Shown here one piece after another: positions 1 through 14,287 of a stretch of DNA of 64,000 nucleotides. Within the stretch, counting starts at the first letter, position 1; the number at the start of each line of letters is the position of its first letter. The position numbers were made by a program, and so were the translations under genes. The notes beneath the pieces are model-generated. The model was not told the DNA's origin, ran no database searches, and saw nothing but the letters and a program-made list of their open reading frames with translations. This DNA is from Geosiphon pyriformis uo1 (lineage: Eukaryota; Fungi; Glomeromycota): NCBI GenBank assembly GCA_016748015.1, contig JAAOMT010000571.1, forward strand, positions 933,095 to 997,094. The letters are read 5' to 3'.

Positions 1-528
1 ATTTGGTTTTTTGAATTATTTGATATTTATTTCTTTTTGTGTGTATAGGAATGATTCTAAGTGATAAATCTAAAGTAAGATACATTTTCCAAAAGAGAAA
101 AGCTCTTCTTTTATACAACTTGTTGTAGTACTAGTCTATGAACTTGCACTTTTTCTCTTTGCTCAAATTTCGGTGAATTAAAGATACATTTTGATGAACT
201 ACAAGTTATTTCACTGAACTATTGATTAATTTGGGTAAACTATTCATAATTTCGGCGAATTTCTGTAAATTTCGGCGAATTTTTTATAAATTTCGGCGAA
301 TTTCTGTAAATTTTGGTGAGTTTTTGAATGTTACAAAGTTCAGGGTATTGTGTAATTTGATCATCCTACTTTCTGTTATACTAATTAGATTATTTTAATT
401 GAATTGTGATATGTGATGATTGATTAAATAATAAATGATAATTTGAAATGATATTAATATACTGATTAATTATAGAAATTATAAGAGTAATTTCATGCTA
501 ATTAATAGCTAAAATTCTACTGGTAACA
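1..528 (-). mobile_element. Partial LTR, family B, cut by the window edge and inserted in a LINE ORF1
   Basis: Reverse complement aligns with 49740-50254. Ends TGGTAACA at 528 (TGTTAC terminus on minus). Contains AATTTCGGCG/AATTTCTGTA repeats at 248-322. Confidence 0.85.
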
Positions 529-1970
529 ATGGAACCAAGTAAAAATAGACTATCAGAAGATGCATGGAAGAGAGGTTTACCAACCACATCTATCCAAGTT
601 TTTCTACCAAAAGCCAGAGGTCTGGAAACAGGTGCAGACTTTTTCTCATAAATTTTGGTCAATCTAAACTTATTTTGGGCTGAGAGAGGAGCCCTCTTGC
701 TCTTAGGAATAGAGGATGCACCAGCTGATTTACAAACCAAATTCAAGTGACCTAGGGAATTGCAAACAGAATATAAAGGGGTAATCAAACACAACCAGTG
801 GAAACCAATGTCTTTTATGACTGGTGTATTAGTCACAACCTGAGTCATGTCATCTTCAGAACCAAAACACACAGTAACACATTATGTGCAAGTATAATTA
901 ACAGAGTTGTGTTTGATCAAATATGTTTTCCCACCCACAGAACCAATAAAATCCCATAAATCATGAGCTGTTGTTTTCATAGAAAGAGTGTAAAACAACA
1001 CCCTAAATTTATCCCTAATATCCCATATCTGTTTATTGATGTTAGCTTTGACCACACGAACCACATTTTTACTAATGAGAATTGACCATTCAGCAGCCAA
1101 CAGATCAGCCTGACTCTGATCTTCCAATTTGATGATCGTTTTTTGCCACAAACCCACCAGTTGCATTTTGATTATTTTAATTTGTCCAAATACAGACACA
1201 GCTATGCACACAGCCTCAATAGAAGTTCACACAGGAATTTTTTTTAACACAATTGTCTGATTTGTATGGTTGTTTACAGGGCACTTGAGATCAGTGTTTA
1301 CTACAATACCACAATTATTTGCCAACTTCCCAGCAGCCATCATTGCCTTTTCCGAAGTGAAAGTCACATGAATAATTCCACCAAATTTTGAGAAAGTAGA
1401 AGCCCTCTCAAAACTATTCACACTTGAAAAAATTTTTCTGATAAAACTCAATTTTTCCTGAGAAAACTTCCCAGTGATGACCACAAGATTAATATCTAAA
1501 GCAAAAGATTTGTGAACAGGCACTTGAACAGACAGTTTGATAGGTAAAAGAGGTGGGAGAAGAAAAAAATCGTCTAACATGTCACCATCTGTATTGACAG
1601 AACCATAATCAATCACACCTAAAGGCTTTCTTAACACTTTTTTGGTCTTTACATACAAACTCTTTGGTGTTCGATTAGGATTCCCTTCCGCAAAAGCACT
1701 ATTCTCACCATAGTCAACACTGGTTTCTTTAACCAAACACTCCTCCTCCATATCAATACTCTCAGACTCAGTAGTGTCACCTGTTTCAGAACTCCATGAA
1801 CGAGCACCAGGAGCTTTAGCAGCAACCCCTTTATTATCAATATCTTTTCCCAATACACCTCCCTTCCTCTTCTTTCTCAATACAACTATCTTGAAACCAT
1901 TCTCAGAATTAAAAACTTTAATAGTCTTCTTTATAACAGCAATAACAGGGCCAACAGTAGTCTTGTAATT
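529..1970 (-). pseudogene. Degraded LINE ORF1 (RRM-type), 5' part of a non-LTR retrotransposon
   Basis: ORF fragments 1227-1880, 882-1211 and 529-872 match ORF1 at 51683-53107: FALDI, KFGGII..TFTS, IKMQLVGLWQK, TTAHDL, GGKT, GRKTW. Confidence 0.85.
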
Positions 1971-2099
1971 GAAAAACAGTTTTGATTTATCATATTGAAT
2001 GATAAAAAACTTCTTTTGAAAAAACTTTTGACTCTTTTTTGGAAATTTTAAATGAAGGAGAGAAAGAAGTTTTTTTTCAACTTATAAAACCAAAATAAA

Positions 2100-5000
2100 A
2101 CTTTTTTCCAACTAAATATAAAATAAAAACATTTATTTAAAAATTTTTTTAGATAAATTTTTAAAAAAAATAAGAGAATTATATTTTAATATAAAGTAAT
2201 TAAATTTTTTATAATTTTTACAATAAATTAAATCTAATTTAACTTAAAAAAAATTACATTACCAAAAACTAAAATAATATAATAAATTTAATTTAAAATT
2301 TTTTTTAATTTAAAATATACAATTACATATTTAATTTTAATATCAGTAATAAACATATTATTAATAATATATGTTTTTTTACTAATTTTATCTAAAAAAT
2401 TACCAAAATTATGTATATAATATCTATAAACAAAATAAATAATATAATTTTGTATTAATTTTTTTGTGTTTAAATAAATCTATTTATATTAGTTTTAATT
2501 ATATATACAAAATTTTTGCCATTAAAAAAAAACTATTAAATTAATTTGACTTAATTTGGCAAATTTTATTATAGTTTTTTGTTATAGGTTAATAAGTTTT
2601 AATCAAATTTATATTATAACAAAATTAGCCAGCAAATAAAAATAAAAAATCAGTAATTAGTTTAATTACAATAAAAAATATGGTATAATTTAACTATTTA
2701 ATTAAATTAGATACAAAAAAATCTTAACAAACTAAGAAATACCAATAAAAATTAAAAATTAATGCATGTAATCTAATAATAACAAGTTTTATTATATTTT
2801 AAAATTTTTATATGCTCTTATTTATACAGTTTAGTATTTTAGATTTATAATTATTATTTAAAAATAATTAACAAAAAATATAATTAATTAATTTATTTTT
2901 GATTATGTTAATTATAATTACAATTAATATTAATAATATATAATTAAGTTTTAAATTTGATTATTTAAATTTGGTTATCTAAATTAATAATTCATGAAAA
3001 AATAATAAATTAAATAAGCTTATAATTAAATTAATTAATTTAATATATATAAATAATTAATATATTTAAATAGTTTTATTATAGTATATAAATCTAATAT
3101 AATTTAATTATTATTATTAAAAAAAATTTATCTTCTTTTTTTGTTATTAATATTATTTTGTTGTTAATTCTGTTGTTAATAGAAGCTAATAAACTTTTAA
3201 TAAGCTAATTTATTTTTTCAAAGTATTTTTCTATACTTTGAACTGTATATATTAAATTTATAATAAAATAACCAATTTTATATTAATTACTAAAAGTTTT
3301 GAATATAAACTAAATAATATAAAATTTATAAAAATATAATAAAAAATAATAATAATAAAATTGGGTTAAAAAAGTTGTTTTTAGTTTAAATTTAAAAATG
3401 CTAATAGTTACTAAAATTGATAGCTATTTAATTTTAAAATATTAGTTTTGGTTTGATTATTTTTAAAATAGTAATAATTAAAAATTTGGGTTTTTTAAAA
3501 TAAAGTTTTATTAATTAATTATTATTTTAAATTAAAATATATTTTTTTGAAAAAAAAAAGCTTTTATTTTATATAACTTATTATAATATAATTTTATAAT
3601 TTAGTTCTTTTTTTTAATATTTTAATAAATTAAAGATATATTTTGTTAAATTATAAGTTATTTTTGTAAACTATTAATTATTTTAATAAACTATTAAATA
3701 TTTTGTTAAATTTTAATTATTTTAATAAATTTTTAAATATTATATAATTTAAAATATTACATAATTTAATTATTACAATTTAATTATATTTGTGTTTTAT
3801 ACAAATTGTGGTATTAATTAGATAATAATATTTAATAATAAACAATATAAAAAGTAATAATTTAAAATAATAATATAGATTAGTTAATAATAAGAATTAT
3901 AAATATAATTTTATATTATTTAATAGCTTAAATTTTTATTAATAATACTATATATATAGATTTTTTATTAATTTAAAAAAGTATTAATTTTGTACTAACT
4001 TAATTTTTTTCTATAGTTTTATAGTAAATAATTAATATTTTTTATATATCTTTTTTTTTTTTCTAAGCTTTAAATACTTGTTATTAATATTTTAAGTATA
4101 TTATATATTTGTTATTAATACTTTGAATTTTTTAATATTTTATAATTTTTAAAAACATGTTATTTATATTTTATATTATGTTTATTTTAATAAATAGACT
4201 ATTAATTTTATTATTTAATTTTGTTTTTATTATAATATTAATTAAATAATAAAATTATTATATTGTTAAAAATATGATTTTAATAATAGTATATTAATTA
4301 ATTAAATATTTCAATTATATTTTTTTTATTTTTATTTTTTATAAATTAGGTTTTTAAACACCACATATTTTTGACAACTAATTAAAATTTTTTTGGTTAT
4401 AACTTAGTTGAATTAGGTTTGATTTCTAACTGGTTGTATTTTTTGTATTTTTATAAAATTTAAATATTTTTTTTATAAAACTCTTATTAAGACTGATTTT
4501 TATTCAAAAATAAATAATCATAACAATATTTTTTTTACTTTAATAATCTATTTATTATCTTTTTTACTCTTTTAAATATTAAAATAATTCATATAATTAT
4601 GTATATACTATAGTTAATAATTATATATATTGCTTAAAAAAATCATTATTATTGTTAAAAAAATTCTCAAATTCATGCTTTTTTTAGTAATATTACTTAA
4701 TTAAATTTAAATAAAACTAAAACAATTATTTTTTTAATTATCACAATTTAATTTGAATAAATTTTTTGTTTTTTAAAATTGTTATTTACCAAAATTTTTT
4801 TTTATTGGCCAATATTACAGGTTCATTTATGTTTTTCTTAAAAATAAATATAAATCAAATAATTACTTTAAATTTTAAAACAATAATAATTTTGTTATAG
4901 TGCTTTTTTTTTTTTAATCATCAAAAGATTAATATTCAATGCATAAAATTTTTTGACTGATACTTTTACTTTTTTTTGACTTTTTGAATTTAATCTATTT

Positions 5001-5300
5001 TTTTTCAAAAAAATAATACAATAAAAAAAAATTATCTTTTTATTATCTGTATTATAATTAAGAAAATTTTTGTCATATTAATATTATATTTTTTTATTTT
5101 TAAAGTATTTGTTTGAGAATTAAAGAGCACTTTGTTTTTACTACTTGCTTTAAATTTTTTATTAGTACTGTCAACATCACTTAGATAATTAAAGATTTGT
5201 TTGCAAAACCCCAATAGGTTAAAGAAAATGTAAAAATTATAATAATTTGTAATGCATAAATTTTTTTAAAGTGGAGCTCGACTATTATCTATTTACATAA
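2100..5300. repeat. Extremely AT-rich tract of hypermutated transposon relics
   Basis: Almost no C or G and no credible ORFs. Contains one recognisable erased LTR (next feature). Confidence 0.7.
3112..3947 (-). mobile_element. Hypermutated solo LTR relic, family B
   Basis: 3631 TAAAGATATATTTTGTTAAATTATAAGTTATTT aligns with 180 AAAGATACATTTTGATGAACTACAAGTTATTT. End TTAATAATA corresponds to CTGGTAACA. Flanks TTAT/CTAT fit a mutated 4-bp TSD. Confidence 0.65.
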
Positions 5301-5709
5301 TATAATTTAAAATTTATAGTCATAATATTAAATATTTCAATAATTAATTTTATCAATAGTTTTATGAATTGTAAATTTTTTTACCAATGTTTATTTTCGA
5401 CACATTCTCAAAACTGTTAACGATCTGCTCTTGACCAATATTCAAAAGCCCTAAATTTTCGATTATTTCCCCTCTCAATTTGAAGGCATTCAATGACGAG
5501 TTATTAGATAGTGCTATAGGAGATTTTGTTTTCATGTAATTTCAATTTAAATCTTCTAGTGCGTTTTCTCATTAAACACTCAAATTCTAAATTATAACAA
5601 AACTATTCTTTACAGTTGGAAAAGAATCACCGGACTCCTTATTGTAGAGCTTAAATTTGTGATATAGTTGGCAATAGGTAACGGACCTCTTGGGGTTGGG
5701 TCTCAGCTT

Positions 5710-6775
5710 TTATGTTTCCCCTGGATAATCGATTTGATTTGATGGGTGAGCATCATGGAAGGGAGTTAATTTGTTCAATCGAGCGTCGATCCGTTCGATG
5801 ATTGGAAATTGAGATAAATCCACTTGGAACCTTTGCCCCATATAATGAAGTGGCTAGAAAATTAGCAGAAACAAGAGACGGGAAAGAAAATTACAGCCCA
5901 AAATTAAAAAGCTAAACTTTACCGACGCGCATTAAAAACTTGCGGTACGAGACATAGATCTGCTAATGTGAGTTGATCACCGAAACAATATTGACCTGCT
6001 GTTTTTGTGAGTTGTTTCTCCAAGGCTGATATTTTGAGTATTTGGCGAATTATTTCTTACTGCTTTCAGTATATTTTAAAATTCCATCTACTCACCGGTC
6101 AGCCCGGTCAAGATCCAATAATGATTCCAATCATCTTGATTCACACGTTTCATAACACGTAAATTCTGAATCGGTTGTATATCACTCACGATAAATTGTA
6201 CTAATGAACGAACCTATATGTAAAGTGTAATGAATTGAAATAAGAAAAATAATTCGAAGGAATCAACCGATGAATGAGATATTTTAATAAAAGTTCACCA
6301 TAGCTCTGTCAATTGGGTTTTTTGGTAATAATGGCTTATCGGGATAAATCTCTTCGAGGTATTCCAAAATCGCGACTGATTGAGTTAAAGTAAAACCACC
6401 AATAATCAGGGCTGGCACTTCTTGATAGGGATTAATCAAAGTATATTCGGGAGTTTTCTGAAAATCATTATTCACACATAAAGCGAAAATCGAAATTGAT
6501 CATGAAACTGCTTCAAATAAATTTAATAGTCATTAAAAATGAATATTGGACTAGATGAAAATTCTCGGACCTGTTCTCCTTTAGTAATATCGATGGGTCG
6601 TGTCTCATATTTGATATCCTTATAATTTAGACTGATACGAATGCGCCAACTGCATGAAGAGCGATAGTAGGAGTAAAGAACTGGGATTTCTTCACTTTCT
6701 GACTAAAACCAAAAAGCGCGCGGATTGAAAACTCTAATTGAAAAAAAATGATAAAAATATCTTGCAAATTACCAT
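5710..6775 (-). CDS. Glutathione S-transferase zeta / maleylacetoacetate isomerase (spliced)
   Basis: Exon 2 encodes [28 protein letters not shown] (zeta-class SSC motif). Later exons give [23 protein letters not shown] and [16 protein letters not shown]. First coding exon is ATG only (6773-6775) followed by GTAATT. Confidence 0.9.
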
Positions 6776-7324
6776 TTCTGTAGTGACTAAACGAGCCAGA
6801 AGAATGCTTATCTGTTTCGTGCTCAAATGGAAAATTTATCAATTTCTTTATGCCACAACCGGCACCATTTTCAATAACTTTTATGTAATGAAGGTGGTAC
6901 CACAAATCCAAAAATATGTAAATTCAATAGGGGTGGAAAATTTCTTTAAAATCAATATAATCAAATATTTAATGTTTCAGGCTAAATCACCAAAAATATA
7001 TTTATTTTAATTAAAAATAATTATTAATTTTTATTGTTTCTGAGAAAAGTAGTTACAATATTAAAACTTTTCTCGTAATGTCACGAACATTTTTGTCCTA
7101 TATATTATAAAACCAGATATACTCTAAATATATGAATAATATTTTCTAAAAATTAATAGCAAAGTTACAATAATTACGATTTGATAATTTATGTTAGTAT
7201 TGTTGTCCGGCTTATTGATGAGAGTGCGCGGCCACATTTCTTAGGATCGTTTAATTATAATTTTGATTTCGAACAACATGGTATCAATAAATGTTAATGG
7301 ATTGAAATTGTTTCTTTGTAAACA

Positions 7325-10300
7325 CTAAATTTTTCTTGCCCCTAAAGCCCCTCTCTTCTTTTGTTCTCTTAACTCATCCATTCGCTACCATAAAGAAAAT
7401 TGGGTTAATAAATAAAAATCAAAAAATTAATGACCTAGAAATTAAATACCTGTCGTCGCTCTTCTCTTTTGCGATTTAACTCTGCCGCTTTTACTTCCCT
7501 TGAAACGGTAGTTGTCGAGGATGGAGATGGAGGTGGAGGTATACGTTTTATTGTAGTACTTGAGCCCCAATTATCCTCGTCATTTTCCCATCCCCCATCA
7601 AAATTCCAACCCTCAGATAAAGATTGTGCTGGAAAAAAGTATTATGTATTATGAATTTTTTTTTATAAGAGTTAATGAGAACATCTCTTTTACCTTGGTT
7701 TGATCCTAATTTCATTGAAGTGGTCAGACTCGAACCTCCATTTTGAACTCCAAAATTTGGTGTTCCCAAAACCGGATTTGAAAGCGATATTGGAGAAGTA
7801 TCAAGAGATTGGAATCCTCCTTAAGAATTCAAAGTTAATTTAGATAGGATTAGATACGGAGAACGTTTGATATTTCTAGCTTTTTCATACCCCATTCATT
7901 GCTATTCTTGGCATTTGTTGGAAAATTGAAAAAGTCATTTTCGAAATCAAGCCAACTATTAGACGGGCCTACAAAATATAATCAAATAAATATCTTTATT
8001 TCATTAGTTAAACAAAGCAAAACGGTTGAAAAACCCTAACCTTTGGTATGTGATCCGAGTTTCATAGGGGTGGTTGCTCCAACATTGTTATCTTTAGGCT
8101 TGTTGAGTGAGATAATAAAATTTTCAGAAAGTGGTCGAACCGGTGACAATGCAGGGGAATATGATGAATTCAGATTTCCACCTGAAAAATTTTGATTTCA
8201 CAATAAGATTCTTGATAATTTCTGACCATAAGATAAATCAATGCATAAGGTAATTAATTAATTTAATGCTGACCACCATTAAGATCTGTCAGTTTAGGAG
8301 CTTCGAAATGTATTAGATTTCCACCAAGATCTATTAGACTTTCATTATTTTCCCACCCGTTTAAAGTTTTAGGAGGAACACTTTCCGGCACAGATGTTCG
8401 ATTAGGTGTTGTATTTGTCGTAGGTGACAAAACCTCGGTTGTTGGCTTGGTCAATGAAGCAATTCCATTCATAGAAGTAGGGTTATTTTCAGATGGTTCA
8501 GCGACATTGCCCATATCTCCGGGTCCAACGAACTTTTCTTATTACCAATAAATAAGTATAAAAACCCAGCAAAGAAACAAATCGATTCAAAATCATGAAC
8601 AGAATTGTCACCTTTTTGCTTAAAGATGTCACAGCCCGTCCTCCCCAAGTTTCTGCAGCCGAAGCAATAACCCCTGCTACAGTAGTAGCTCCTGCCACAG
8701 CAACACCCGTAACCCCAGAAGCCTGTGCAATCCCAGCAATTCCGGTAGGCGGCGGAACAGCTGTATCAGGCTGAGTTAATGTTTACAAATGGAAAATGAG
8801 AAGGACTGTAATTTTCAAGAAATAAATATACAGATGAAATTTCCTCAAATGGGTTATTACCATCGAAATAACCAACTTCTCGAGCCTTTTTACGAAAGCA
8901 TCTAAAGTCTTAAAAGCCTGGATGCGAACTGGTCTATTAGAAGACCAATTAGACATAAATTATAATTAAATATCGAGGAATGTAACGATAAAATTCTTAC
9001 TTTTCGGTATCAATCAAAATCATCGAGACGCATGGTAAAACTTTTGAAGCACAATCGACTTTATCATAATATTCTGAGGTAGCTAATGAATGTGACATCA
9101 AAAGAAACTACCTTTAAGGATTAAATTGCCTGCCGTATTGAAATACCCAAATATTTTTTAAAATCAAACCTGTTAAGGCCATCAAACTTGCAGCCCTGGC
9201 CTGGGGAAATGGATCACGTAGGGATCTTGTAAAAGCAGGCACCAAAATTTTACTCCTGGTCTGCGAAATTGAAAGCGAGATTAACAATATATCGGTTTGA
9301 TCAGTTTTCATTGAATTTTTTATGCTTAAGGAGAGGGGGATCCAAAAAAACTTACACTTTCATTCAAATACTTGCTAATTTTACCCAAACAAATTGTAGT
9401 ATTTGTTCGGATACCAGGCTCTTCATCCATTTGCAATTTTGCTAGATATCGAAGTAAATCATTGTTGACCACTTTTTCAGATATCTAGGAAAAGAAAAGA
9501 AATTCAAATCAACTTAATTAAAAATTCATTTACAATTTTTCACGGCTTTTACCTTGGGAACAAGCAGCAACATCGATTTCACCGTCATTTCTCTTATTAT
9601 TGGCGCCGTATCTGTAAAGCCTGTCGCCTATTATTTCATTAATAAAATTCATTTCTAAAAGGAATTATCGCATAAATTTAGATATTTATTCTTAGCTTAC
9701 CATATGGGGAAAGATTTTGTCGGTGACAGTTTTACTATTGATTCTTTCGATAAAACCCGGTAAATTTTCTAATAGATTTAATCTCATATTTCTATCCGGC
9801 AAAGCAAACATTTTTACAATCGCTGTTACAATATACAAATCATATTCATCTTGAGGAAGGGTTTTGCCAATTTTGATGATAGGGCCCAGAACTTTAGCCC
9901 CACCTAATCGAAGGAAGTAATTTTAACAGAGAAATTAAAAAATACACAAATTTCGATAGACCAGTTTGCACTTGCCTGCTCCATATTCTAAAGCATTCAG
10001 AAGTTCGGGTAGTATTTTATATTTGCAAATATTCTCAGGAAAAGTGTCTATACATTCATTCAATTTTCTAACAGGATTAAAAGTCAAAAATTAACATTCC
10101 ATGAATAAAACAGAAAGTAATAAATGCAAATATGCAGAAAAAGAATAGCTCACTTTATGAACGCAATTTTTTCACTGGCCTCTTTAATATTCATATTCTC
10201 TAAAAATAAATTAACTTGAACTAAATCGTTGTGAAATATTCCCCCAGGTCGCAAGCCATTCTCCATGAAAGTTGAGACACTGGCACGATATTGAGGATTC

Positions 10301-11612
10301 GGATTGATTAAATCTCGATACTCTAAAAATATTGCCTGATTCAAAAGAAATTGATCGTAAGAAAAGGGATTTTTCTTTAAAAAAAAAAAACAAAAAAAAA
10401 ACACGACAAATAACAAAAACCGAACCTGTGGTATTGATTCGTTTCTTTCCAATTGATCGATCGAAGTGAAAGCTCCATTATATACCTCGTATATTAATGT
10501 CCCGTAATTCCATGAGTCGGTTACCCAAATATCATGACTGATCTCGCAAAATAAAAATAAAACAAAATATTGGTAACACCACCATTTTTTCAAACAAACT
10601 CAAATCCCATAATTGGGTACTATATTTTTCGAATAATGCTCACTTTCTTAAAACACTCCATGAATTTTTGGCAATTTCTGGTGATGCATATCTCGAAGAA
10701 TCAGGTAGATATCCACCACAAGTCTAAAAATTTTTAATAAATCAAGATTAAAGTTTAAATAAATAATATTTTTGCTTCGAACGAAAAAGATTAAAAATCA
10801 TCTTACATATATTATGGAATCCTCCTCCTTTGAAGAACTCATCAATTCAAAACCTCCCAACTTCCATTCACCCGCTTTATTTGTAAATATTGAAGAAATG
10901 TGAACATTGCCATGAATCATGGAACAATCATTATTCAGAAATTTAAGGGCATTCTGTAACAGAAATTTTTAATTCCCTTTTTTTTATGTATTAAAAATTC
11001 AAACAAAATAAAAAAATTCAAAGTTTTCTTTACATACGGCAATTTTGTATAATCCCCAAAGTTTTAAATTAGAATCAGACAAAGAGGCAGATTGTTTTTT
11101 CAAAGGAGATACATGATCGGTGACTATGTAAATGTAGGAATCCGTCTAAGCAGGAAAAAATGAATCGGGAATTATTATTACTATTTCGCTGACCAAAAAG
11201 GTTTTAAGGATGAGTCAGCATGCCTCAACTCCATCGATATAACGCAACAAATCAGGATGTCGTATCGTGCGCATTTTTTTGAAAGCATTTTTGGCTAGAG
11301 GCAACCAGTGGCTTTGTTTAGAGCAATCGAAAGAAAAGATTGATATGGATGAGCCATCCTCCTATTATTTCATGTGAATTTTTTATAGAGGTTTTAAAGG
11401 TTTTATTGAATTGAAGGTCAATTTAAAACAGGAAACACCAAGCACGTAGATGTGCCTTTGAAAATGATTTTACACGCCTTCTTGGTTCCATGGTGTAACT
11501 CCCATATTGATAAGTCGTCATATTCTGTAACTTTATCACCAAAATTATAAGGAAAAGGTGGAACATCTTTTCGCAATACAACTCGAGAAAGAGTTGATTT
11601 CAAGTATTCCAT
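7325..11612 (-). CDS. SCY1-like pseudokinase with HEAT repeats (SCYL1/Cex1 family, many introns)
   Basis: WELHHGTKKEDGSSISIFSFD, AKNAFKKMRTIRHP, HGNVHISSIFTNKAGEWKLGGFELM, KYKILPELLNALEYGAGGAKVL, EPGIRTNTTICLGKI, RSLRDPFPQARAA. Ends GALGARKI*. Confidence 0.9.
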
Positions 11613-11918
11613 CTAGTCTTAATTCTATCAATATTGAAATAAGATATTGTAGCTCTTTCACGTTCCGATCTTTTGTTAAAAAAAAAGGAGAGGAAGTATT
11701 CTGATAAAAGAAGTAAATCTCGCGAGTTTAAGTTTACAAGGTTAAAAAGTTTAACAATTTTAGTTTTCTTTCAAAATTTCTAAATCACTACCTTACTTCT
11801 GCTAGCTTTACACGTACTAGACTCATTTGAATTTCTCCTCGGAACAAGATGACGCATAGTATAAATTTAATCAATTATTAAAAACCAACGAATGGTAGAC
11901 ATGTGTCACTAGTGAAAT

Positions 11919-13499
11919 TCAGATTTTACTTTTGGTGGTTACACCGGGAGGGTGTTCATATTCTACAGTATTCGTCAATACGCCAATATTCTCGATTTCA
12001 ATCGAGACTTGATCGCGATCCTGAAGGTAGATTGGTGGATTTCTAGCAAATCCAACACCTTTTGAAATTTTAAAAAAAATTGATCATTTAACCGATAATT
12101 AGCAAAGGTAAAAGTGAGAGTATAATTCCTTGCTCGAAACAAGATTACCTTCTGGAGTCCCGGTGAAAATTAAAGATCCTGGTTGTAAAGTTGTTCCTTG
12201 GCTTAAAAAGCTAATGAGGGTGGCCACATCAAAAATCATATCGGAGGTGTTTGAATTTTGTAAAACACGGCCATTTAAAATTGTTCGAATTTTAAGAGCA
12301 TTTGGATTAGGAATAATCGTTGGGGAGACTAAAGCTGGTCCAATTGGTGAAAATGTATCAAATCCCTAAAGTGGTCGAGAAATATTCTTGGATCAAAAAG
12401 TAGCTGGGATTTCAGGTGAAATTAACAAAACATAAAATTTTAATTTTTGTGTTTGTGTTTGTGTTTGTTTCATTTACCTTGGAAAAACACCATTGGCCTG
12501 AATTCAAAGCTTGGCCTATGATTTCATAATAATAAAGAAAAAAAAAAATAATTTTTTTTTGAAGTGAAGGAAGCTTAATTTTAAATATATACTCGTGTAA
12601 AATTCGAGATCAAACAAATTGCCTCCAGCAAACAACGAATTCAAAATTGGAAACAAAGTACCTTGCCATTTTCTAGCAGAAACATCATTAGCAGCAGTAT
12701 AACCAAGAACATAATCCAAAGCGTTTTCCTTGGAAACGTCCCTGCATAGTTTTTTGATTACAATAACCAACTCAGCCTCATAATCAGCTTGATTATTTGT
12801 CGCAATCAATGGAACTTTAATTGGTTCGAAAGGATCTTGCAAAGTAGTGGAAGGTTTTATGAATAGAACAGGGTATTCTGGAATTTTTTGCTTTGTTTCT
12901 ATTGCATGTTTTCGATAATTAAGTCCGATTCCACGAATTATTGGAACTTGTGATTGTGCGAGTGGGGTGAGAAGCTAAATAAAGGTAGTTTAAACTTTAA
13001 AGTATTCGAAATATCATAATAAAAAAGCTTTTTGACTGGAAACACATTTTAGTTATATCAATGGGATACCTTTATCACTGGTAACACTTTATTAGTCACG
13101 ACAATATCATCTTTAAAAACATCCCCAGTGATAACTTTAGCCTCAAGGTTTGACAGAGAAGGCCAAGTTCCATTAGAGTTTAAAATTGGTTCTCCTTGAT
13201 ATATTTTACCATCTTTGCTCACGAACCTGTTTTGATGTGAAACGGTATTTTTTTAAAGTTGATATATATATATTAAAGGTGTAGTGAGAATATTTTTAAA
13301 TAACCTACCGAATTAGATGGGTCCACTACATAAAATCAATGTGAAAATTTTGAGAAATTTTGAGAAATTTTGCGAAAATCAATTGAACATGAATTTGTAA
13401 ACTAACCTGTGAAGAAACCATTGGACTGGAACTATTAAAACGGAATTTTCCCAAAGTCAAAAAATTTTGTGTAGTTTTATTAAAAAGAACTCGTGACAT
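11919..13499 (-). CDS. Fumarylacetoacetate-hydrolase-domain protein (FAHD2-like, spliced); alternative start at 13421
   Basis: [80 protein letters not shown]-terminus SKI*. Confidence 0.9.
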
Positions 13500-14254
13500 T
13501 TTTTTAGGAGATGGCCAAGTCGCAATTTTTTTACCTTTTTTTATATCCAAATATTTATATTGAATTTCTCACTTTTCTTTATTTTCTTAAATTAGGGTAA
13601 ATATTATTTTTTAAATATTGTATAAGCCTCAGGTAGAAACAAAAGACTGATGTTAAAAATATACGATGTTACACTGGGGAATTATGTAAAGATCGGGTTT
13701 AATTCAAAGAATTTGCTTATTTACTTGTTTTTTATTAATCATATTTTACCAGTTAGTTAATTTGACTTTAAGATTGACTGTAAAAAGATTTTTTTCTCAT
13801 CAAACGCGAAAGAACTGCTAAAACTTTTAGTTCAACTGTTTCTTTTAACTTTTAACTATTAACTATTCACTCCATGATTCTATTAGCTGGATTTATGAAT
13901 GCACATAAAGATTCCTAACAGTTTATTTTTGATAAAATGAGAAATTTAATCATAATGAGATTAGTATTATTTTTTAACCCAAGTTGGTTCTTCAAGAGCA
14001 ATTTAATTTTATGACAAGTAACCTGATATTTTGAAAAATACATCCTTAAGCTCATTCCTCATGAATTTTATATTTTGTCATTTGCTTTCAAAAAATGATT
14101 CAGCGAGACATTGAGATGAAATTCGTAATGATACTCATTTACATTATAATTTTCTCATGGCTTTAAGTGAATAAAAGGTCTTTCTTTCATCATTTTAAGA
14201 ATCGAGCATTTTTAAAAATCTTAACTATATAATTCCCTCTCTTCCCTCTCTTCG

Positions 14255-14255
<1 letters not shown>

Positions 14256-14286
<31 letters not shown>
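14256..14286. repeat. Poly(T) tract of about 30 nt
   Basis: Uninterrupted T run in intergenic DNA. Confidence 0.9.

Positions 14287-14287
<1 letters not shown>

Noticed and set aside
2100-5300. Organellar or endobacterial (Mollicutes-like) insertion suggested by extreme AT content
   Set aside because: No genes or RNAs are recognisable, and part of it aligns to LTR family B.
5710-13499. Tyrosine-catabolism cluster (MAAI plus FAH)
   Set aside because: The FAH-domain protein is the short FAHD2 type, not true fumarylacetoacetase. No HPPD or HGD is in the window and SCY1 intervenes.
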